Below are positions 37,130 through 41,696 of a stretch of DNA of 41,696 nt, piece after piece. The notes beneath the pieces are model-generated. The model searched no databases. It had not been told where the DNA came from and saw nothing but the letters and a program-made list of their open reading frames with translations. This DNA comes from Planctomicrobium piriforme (GTDB lineage: Bacteria; Planctomycetota; Planctomycetia; Pirellulales; PNKZ01), in assembly GCA_945877965.1 (NCBI GenBank), contig CAMCTH010000001.1:1-41696 (forward strand). The letters are read 5' to 3'. Every line of letters begins with the position of its first letter. The first letter of the stretch is position 1. The translations under genes were made by a program, and so were the position numbers.

Positions 37130-37316
37130 GGTGTGATGGAGGAGGGCGGTGTGGGTGGGAGGGAATCGATCGACGTTCGGCACCCGCGCCGAGCACATCG
37201 TCGCGGTTCGCAGCGGACTAAATGCAATCGCCGTACCGGATTACGCAGAGCCGGTGCGAACGACGAATAGATGCCGCTTTCCCGCATATATCGTCAAAAG
37301 AGGGGCCGAACGGAAT

Positions 37317-37338
37317 GTGCGATCTCGCACGATCGTGC
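37317..37338. promoter_or_regulatory. Overlapping dyads GTGC-N6-GCAC (37317-37330) and GCACGATCGTGC (37327-37338), candidate UAS
   Basis: Both palindromes read directly. The centre is about 110 bp upstream of the -24 GG at 37437. Lies in the divergent region between NtrC copy 2 and the usp operon. Confidence 0.4.
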
Positions 37339-37435
37339 CCTGCCGCCCGTTGCTCACGCGCGCGAGCGGCGCACCGTAATCGCGAAGACCCGCGAAATGC
37401 CGAGGGAAAACGTCGCCCACGCGTTCGCGATCGGC

Positions 37436-37451
37436 CGGCACTCGATTCGCA
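37436..37451 (+). promoter_or_regulatory. Sigma-54 (-24/-12) promoter-like element
   Basis: CGGCACTCGATTCGCA: GGCAC and GC are in the canonical 12-nt register. About 100 bp upstream of ATG 37551. Confidence 0.5.
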
Positions 37452-37550
37452 TTGATTATCCACGGCGAGGCAAAACGCCGGTCGTTCGTCATCTGGGCGA
37501 CGCTGCGAAACTTGGTGCGAGCAGTGAATCTTTGTGCGAGGCAGTAAAAC

Positions 37551-38012
37551 ATGAAACTGAAAACGATTGTGTTCCCCTGCGATTTCTCCTCCAAAGGAAA
37601 CGAAGCCCTGGAGTACGCGACGACGTTGGCGCGCGAAAGCGGAGCGCGGCTGCTGATCGTGCATGTGCAAGAACCGCCCATTGCTTATGCCGAAGGGGCT
37701 TTCTACTACGGAATTCCGGACCCCGATCCGGATGCCCTCCGCGGCATGTTGCAGCAGGTCAAGCCGCACGACGCGTCGGTAACGTGTGAACATCGATTTG
37801 TGCAGGGTGATCCGGCATCGCAGATCGTGGAGTTGGCGACGAAAGAACAGGCCGACCTGATCGTGATGAGCAGCCACGGTCGCACCGGACTCGGTCGGCT
37901 GATCATGGGAAGCGTGGCCGAAAGCGTGCTGCGTCAGGCGGCCTGCCCGGTGCTGGTCGTCAAACCGAACACGCAAGTTGCGTCGGCCGCGACCGTAGGG
38001 AGCAAGGGATGA
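37551..38012 (+). CDS. Universal stress protein (UspA family)
   Basis: KTIVFPCDFS...ALEYATTLARESGARLLIVHV and the C-terminal ATP-binding-type block DLIVMSSHGRTGLGRLIMGSVAESVLRQAACPVLVVK. Confidence 0.85.
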   Translation: MKLKTIVFPCDFSSKGNEALEYATTLARESGARLLIVHVQEPPIAYAEGAFYYGIPDPDPDALRGMLQQVKPHDASVTCEHRFVQGDPASQIVELATKEQADLIVMSSHGRTGLGRLIMGSVAESVLRQAACPVLVVKPNTQVASAATVGSKG

Positions 38013-38482
38013 GCAACGACTTTCACGTTCACGAAGTGAATCCCTACTACGTGCAGGCGGTCGGCGAGCATCGCGACTTGCATGCGGCCGTCGAGCGGAT
38101 TCGGCAGGTGCTCGAAGGGCGCGCCGAACGGGACGCCGCGACGGCCGACGTCGCCGCCGCCAAGGCTTTGATCCTCGCCCTGCGCGAGCGACTGGCTCGC
38201 CACTTTGCCCAAGAGGAAGAAGGGGGCTATCTCGACGAGGCCGTCACGCGCGTACCGAAAATGGCGCCGCAAGCGAGGAGTTTGCAGCGACAGCATCACG
38301 AGTTTTTGGATCTGGCCGATGCGATGCTCGCCGACGCCGGCGGCGACGAGGCGGCTCCGGTCGTCTGGTCGAAGCTGAAGTCCGACTACGTCTCGTTTGC
38401 CAAGCGACTGAGTGCGCACGAAGCGGCCGAAGACGTGCTGCTGCAACGGGCCTTTAACGAGGACCCGGGAACGGAATTGTAA
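38009..38482 (+). CDS. Hemerythrin-like (HHE cation-binding) domain protein
   Basis: ATG 38009 overlaps the usp stop (ATGA). Helical protein with spaced H/E motifs (EHRDLH, HFAQEEEGGY, QHHEF, HEAAED). Confidence 0.6.
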   Translation: MSNDFHVHEVNPYYVQAVGEHRDLHAAVERIRQVLEGRAERDAATADVAAAKALILALRERLARHFAQEEEGGYLDEAVTRVPKMAPQARSLQRQHHEFLDLADAMLADAGGDEAAPVVWSKLKSDYVSFAKRLSAHEAAEDVLLQRAFNEDPGTEL

Positions 38483-38544
38483 CGGCCGTGGATCATCCTC
38501 CTCGGCATCTGAGCTTACTGAAATCAACTTAGCAGGAGTCCCCT

Positions 38545-38997
38545 ATGTATCGTCGCTTGCTCGCCGTCGCCGTACTCGTTGCCGTTTCGCTCGTTGCCGT
38601 CTCGGGTCGGTCGGAGCAACCGAATCAGGTGGCGCCGTTCATGAAGCTGAAGTTAAATCATGCGCAGACCTTGCTCGAAGGGATTGCGCTGGAAGATTTC
38701 GCGTCGATCGAGAAGAACGCGCAGCAGTTGAGCCTGCTCAGCCAAGATGAACGTTGGCAGATTTTGCAGACGCCTGCGTACTTGCAATACAGCATCGAGT
38801 TCCGTCGGACCGCCGACGAACTCGGTGCCGCGGCGCGCAAGCACAATCTCGACGGCACCGCGTTGGCCTACGTCGCCCTCACGCTGAAGTGCGTCGAATG
38901 TCACAAGCACGTCCGCGACGTTCGTCGGGCGAGCCTGGACGATTTGAAGCCGATTTATTTGGGCAGCTTGTTGCCGCAAGGACCGCCGGCCAAGTAG
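38545..38997 (+). CDS. Class II (four-helix-bundle) cytochrome c, secreted, copy 2
   Basis: Signal peptide, Met in the first helix (PFMKLKLNH), and a single C-terminal CxxCH (CVECHKH). Alignable by eye with 33203-33586. Confidence 0.7.
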   Translation: MYRRLLAVAVLVAVSLVAVSGRSEQPNQVAPFMKLKLNHAQTLLEGIALEDFASIEKNAQQLSLLSQDERWQILQTPAYLQYSIEFRRTADELGAAARKHNLDGTALAYVALTLKCVECHKHVRDVRRASLDDLKPIYLGSLLPQGPPAK

Positions 38998-39070
38998 TCG
39001 TCGAAGCGGCATCCGCTCGCAGCGAACGTTTCTTCTAGCTTTTAAACAGCATCCTCTCAGGACCGATACG

Positions 39071-39505
39071 ATGAAAAACAGCGCCGGCGTGTGGATCGAT
39101 CAGAAGAATGCCAAGGTCGCCTACCTGGACGAGGCGAAGAAAACGGTCGCGAAGTACTCGATCGAAGCCGACGATGCCGGCAAAACCGTCGCGGCCAAGC
39201 GTGCGAAAGCGTCGTACACACCGAACGATTTCGTCGCCGAAGATCGTCTTGAACGCAAGCAGGCAGCGCTCCGCAAGAAGCTCTACGATCAGGTGATCGC
39301 CGACCTGCAAGACGTCGAGTCGGTGCTGATCGTCGGTCCCGGCGAGGCGAAGTTGGAGTTTCAGAAACGTCTGCGGAGCAAAAAGCTGCGGACGATCGTC
39401 GTCAAGACGGAGTCGACCGACAAGCTGACCGATCGCCAGCTGATTGCCTACGTGCGCAAGTTTTTCCAGGCGGCGCCGCCCCGCAAGACCGTCCGACGGG
39501 CGTAG
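39071..39505 (+). CDS. Hypothetical protein (possible eRF1-fold / host-attachment-like, tentative)
   Basis: 144-aa ATG ORF with coding-like composition. AGVWIDQKNAKVAYL at the N-terminus and SVLIVGPGEAKLEFQKRL resemble bacterial eRF1-like (baeRF/host attachment) proteins, from memory only. Confidence 0.55.
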   Translation: MKNSAGVWIDQKNAKVAYLDEAKKTVAKYSIEADDAGKTVAAKRAKASYTPNDFVAEDRLERKQAALRKKLYDQVIADLQDVESVLIVGPGEAKLEFQKRLRSKKLRTIVVKTESTDKLTDRQLIAYVRKFFQAAPPRKTVRRA

Positions 39506-39743
39506 CGCAAGAGTGCGACGAGCACCGGTCGCGGACTTGCGCAACGGCCGGATCCGGCGCACTCCTGGGACCCCTAGCGATGCGGTTGTTGCGACGTTTC
39601 GACGATCGCCGCGGCGCACGGATGCGCCGTGTCAGGCGGTTTTGGGTCGCCGGTCGGCGGTGGGGTGCGCTTGGTTTTCCGCGACGGCTTCGCTAGAACT
39701 CCAGTCGGTATCGACAGGGACGTTTCCGGCGGGGAGTGTGCGG

Positions 39744-40313
39744 ATGAAGGAGCCTGATGCGGCGACGGTCGCGGATCAGCCGGTCACGGTGAACATCGTC
39801 CGCACGGTTCGGCCGGGGCGCGAAGCTGAGTTCGAAATCTTGATGCGGGCCTTTATCCCGCTGGCCCTAACCTTTCCCGGGCATCTGGGCGTGCACGTCG
39901 TGAAGCCGGCGGCGCAGGCCTCTCGCGACTATCACATCATCATTAAGTTTGCGACCGGCGAACAGTGGCGGAGCTTTCAGGCTTGGCCCGAGTATGAACA
40001 ATTTCGCACGATGATCGAGCCGTTGCTGGAACGGGAGCCGTGCGTGAGGGAGATGTCGGGACTGGAGAGTTGGATCACGATGCCGCATGCCGCGACGTTG
40101 CGTCCCCTGCCCCGCTGGAAGATGGCGACCGTCACGTTGCTGGCCGTCTATCCGACAAGCCTGTTCATTACCGAGTTCCTTCGGCCCCGGCTGCTGCACT
40201 GGCCCGTCGCGGCGCAGAGTTTGATCTATGCGATGTGCACGGTCGGCTTGCTGACGTGGGTGATCATGCCGCTGCTGACCCGGTGGCTGGCGCGCTGGCT
40301 CTATCCGCGTTAG
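39744..40313 (+). CDS. Antibiotic-biosynthesis-monooxygenase (ABM)-like domain protein with C-terminal TM helices
   Basis: ATG 39744. About 100-aa ferredoxin-like ABM pattern (VTVNIVRTVRPGREAEFEILMRAF...HIIIKFATGEQWRSFQAWPEY), followed by two hydrophobic helices. Confidence 0.6.
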   Translation: MKEPDAATVADQPVTVNIVRTVRPGREAEFEILMRAFIPLALTFPGHLGVHVVKPAAQASRDYHIIIKFATGEQWRSFQAWPEYEQFRTMIEPLLEREPCVREMSGLESWITMPHAATLRPLPRWKMATVTLLAVYPTSLFITEFLRPRLLHWPVAAQSLIYAMCTVGLLTWVIMPLLTRWLARWLYPR

Positions 40314-40738
40314 TAGCCGTCGTGCGCCGCGGCGTGGAGTTGCGCCTGCTCGGCGACGGTCAGGCCGGTGAGCTTGTCGGCGTCGAACGAATGGTCGCGG
40401 GTGAGGTGCGTCCAATACGTCATGCCGCTGACGCCGGCCTCGGGCGGGTCGATCGTCTTAAGCCAGATGCGGAGTTCGTCGGCCTTCAAGCTGCGGAGCC
40501 AGCGACTCGGCGGGCGACCGTGGCGGGCGCGACGCTTGGGATCGGGCGAGCCCGGCTCCCCTTCGTCCTCTTCTTCTTCGGCTTCCGGTTCGTCGTCGGA
40601 GTCGGTCTCCGGATCGGCGGCAACTTGGCCGGAACCGAGCGTCGCGGCGGCCAGACGATCGAGCGCGTTGATTCGCAACGCCTCGCCGACCTGGAACATC
40701 CCCAGGCTCACCCAGAATAAGAATCTGCGTCGCTGCAT
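40310..40738 (-). CDS. Hypothetical protein with Tat-like N-terminus and acidic tract
   Basis: ATG 40738 gives MQRRRFLFWVSLG. A DSDDEPEAEEEEDEGE low-complexity tract. Its stop codon overlaps the stop of the convergent ABM gene by 2 nt. Confidence 0.45.
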   Translation of the reverse strand: MQRRRFLFWVSLGMFQVGEALRINALDRLAAATLGSGQVAADPETDSDDEPEAEEEEDEGEPGSPDPKRRARHGRPPSRWLRSLKADELRIWLKTIDPPEAGVSGMTYWTHLTRDHSFDADKLTGLTVAEQAQLHAAAHDGY

Positions 40739-40862
40739 GTGCGCCACCCTGACGAACCCGATTGCGAAGGGCTAAACCCTAACAATTCTAGGTTAATCCG
40801 TGCGGCCGCCGGTTGTAGCGACTTTTCAGAATGAAGCGGCGGCGGGGCGATTTCGACCGTCG

Positions 40863-41396
40863 CTACTTTTGGGCCTCAGCCTGCTTCTTGATACCGGCGA
40901 GTCCTTCTTCGAACTGGCCGCCGACCATCGAGTCCATGAAGCCGACCAGGTTCATCGCCTTGCTCATGAAGTTCGCTTTGCCCCACATGCTCCAGGTGAC
41001 GACCGTCAGGTTCCCTTCGGGCACGAAGGTGAACTCGACGTCGTTGGCGCAGGCGAACGGTTTGACGAAATCGAGTTTGATGTGGATCGTTTCGTTCGGC
41101 TTGCTCTCGGTGATCGTCGCGCTCCCTTCGCCGACGTCACTGTTGCCGACCCAGGCTTGCTTCGCCCCGACGCCCGACTCGGGACCCGAGTAGGTTTGCT
41201 TCATCGCCGGGTCGAGCTTCGCCCACGGCGACCATGCTTCCCACTTATGGAAGTCGTTCACTTGCGCAAAGGCGGCGGCCGGCGGTGCGTTGACCTTGGT
41301 CCAGCGCGTGACCTTGAATTCGTCCGGTTGCATCGAAATCGCAATCGCCAGCGCGGCACCGAACAATAGCAGGATGAGCAGGATCTTTTTCAACAT
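40863..41396 (-). CDS. SRPBCC (START/polyketide-cyclase-like) family protein with signal anchor
   Basis: ATG 41396 gives MLKKILLILLLFGAALAIAI. The remainder (VNDFHKWEAWSPWAKLDP...VEFTFVPEGNLTVVTWSMWG) fits the SRPBCC ligand-binding fold family. Confidence 0.7.
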   Translation of the reverse strand: MLKKILLILLLFGAALAIAISMQPDEFKVTRWTKVNAPPAAAFAQVNDFHKWEAWSPWAKLDPAMKQTYSGPESGVGAKQAWVGNSDVGEGSATITESKPNETIHIKLDFVKPFACANDVEFTFVPEGNLTVVTWSMWGKANFMSKAMNLVGFMDSMVGGQFEEGLAGIKKQAEAQK

Positions 41397-41696
41397 CGGG
41401 ACGACTCCGCGAGAGGCGAGGCAAACGAATTGGGCGACGGACGCGATTGTACGATCGCTCCCCATTCGGCCACAAGCGGGCCTGCATTCCGCGCTAGTTT
41501 CGCAAGGCCGCGAAGCAAGCAGTCGCGGCGGCTTGTTTGACTGCATTCCTTGACTGCGGTCCCTGCGGCTGCGTAGAACGGAACGCGTGGCCTACTTTTT
41601 TCGATCGGCCGTGCCGCATGTTTGCCAGGGGTCGCCGCTATTTTTGCCGCTTACTTAGTTGCGTTTACCGAGCACGGAACCTTGCGCGAGCGCGTG

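Noticed and set aside
39007-39021. Sigma-54-like string CGGCATCCGCTCGCA upstream of the 39071 gene
   Set aside because: GG-to-GC spacing is 11 rather than 12 nt, and the -12 region lacks TTGC. The gene is more likely co-transcribed with the upstream cytochrome c gene.
39513-39525. GTGC-N5-GCAC dyad upstream of the ABM gene
   Set aside because: The spacer is 5, not 6 nt as in the three other sites, and no -24/-12 element in proper register follows in 39526-39743.
41612-41628. Minus-strand sigma-54-like string CTGGCAAACATGCGGCA upstream of the SRPBCC gene
   Set aside because: GG/GC register is correct, but the -12 element reads CGGC instead of TTGC. It lies more than 200 bp from the start codon and I found no upstream dyad. 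This is too weak to call.
1-41696. Looked for CRISPR arrays, tRNA/rRNA genes, transposases, integrases, long direct or terminal inverted repeats, and known defence-system signatures
   Set aside because: I found nothing of this kind. The only notable repeat is the paralogous NtrC gene pair. The window looks like core or accessory chromosome rather than a mobile element. The scan was by eye, so short or degenerate elements could have been missed.

Overview
High-GC chromosomal segment, about 60% GC or more by eye. The gene content points to Planctomycetota, Pirellulales-like: DUF1501, DUF1549/DUF1553, DUF1592/DUF1552 and PPC-domain families, a sulfatase, and many Tat signals. I saw no rRNA, tRNA, CRISPR array, transposase or integrase. 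About 35 credible CDSs tile the window. Most other long ORFs in the track are off-frame or antisense shadows typical of high-GC DNA.

The left half (1-19.5 kb) is planctomycete-specific secreted-protein territory. It holds a DUF1501 gene, an NHL propeller, a GDSL hydrolase and a sulfatase. It also holds an ECF sigma/anti-sigma operon joined to DUF1592, DUF1552 and LRR genes, and a DUF1549/1553-DUF1501-PPC triad.

The right half (19.5-40.3 kb) is the interesting part and reads as one oxygen/redox-response island:
- A non-canonical cbb3 oxidase cluster: dihaem lipoprotein cytochrome c, an unknown 4-TM protein, ccoN, ccoO, two small TM proteins, a CcoI-type Cu-ATPase and a DsbD_2-like protein.
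- A convergent globin-coupled histidine kinase with a dual-receiver response regulator.
- A sensor-less REC-histidine kinase.
- Two closely related NtrC-type sigma-54 activators in inverted orientation.
- Two paralogous class II (four-helix) cytochrome c genes.
- A dormancy-like gene set: Usp, a hemerythrin-like protein, and an Rv2004c-like APH/P-loop kinase.

Reading the intergenic DNA by eye, I found four -24/-12 sigma-54 promoter-like elements in front of these units. Three of them have the same GTGC-N6-GCAC dyad 70-130 bp upstream. My top hypothesis is a sigma-54/NtrC-paralog hypoxia or redox regulon. It is inferred from sequence only and needs computational and experimental testing. Start codons were chosen by eye from signal peptides, SD-like sequences and ATGA overlaps, and may be off by a few codons.
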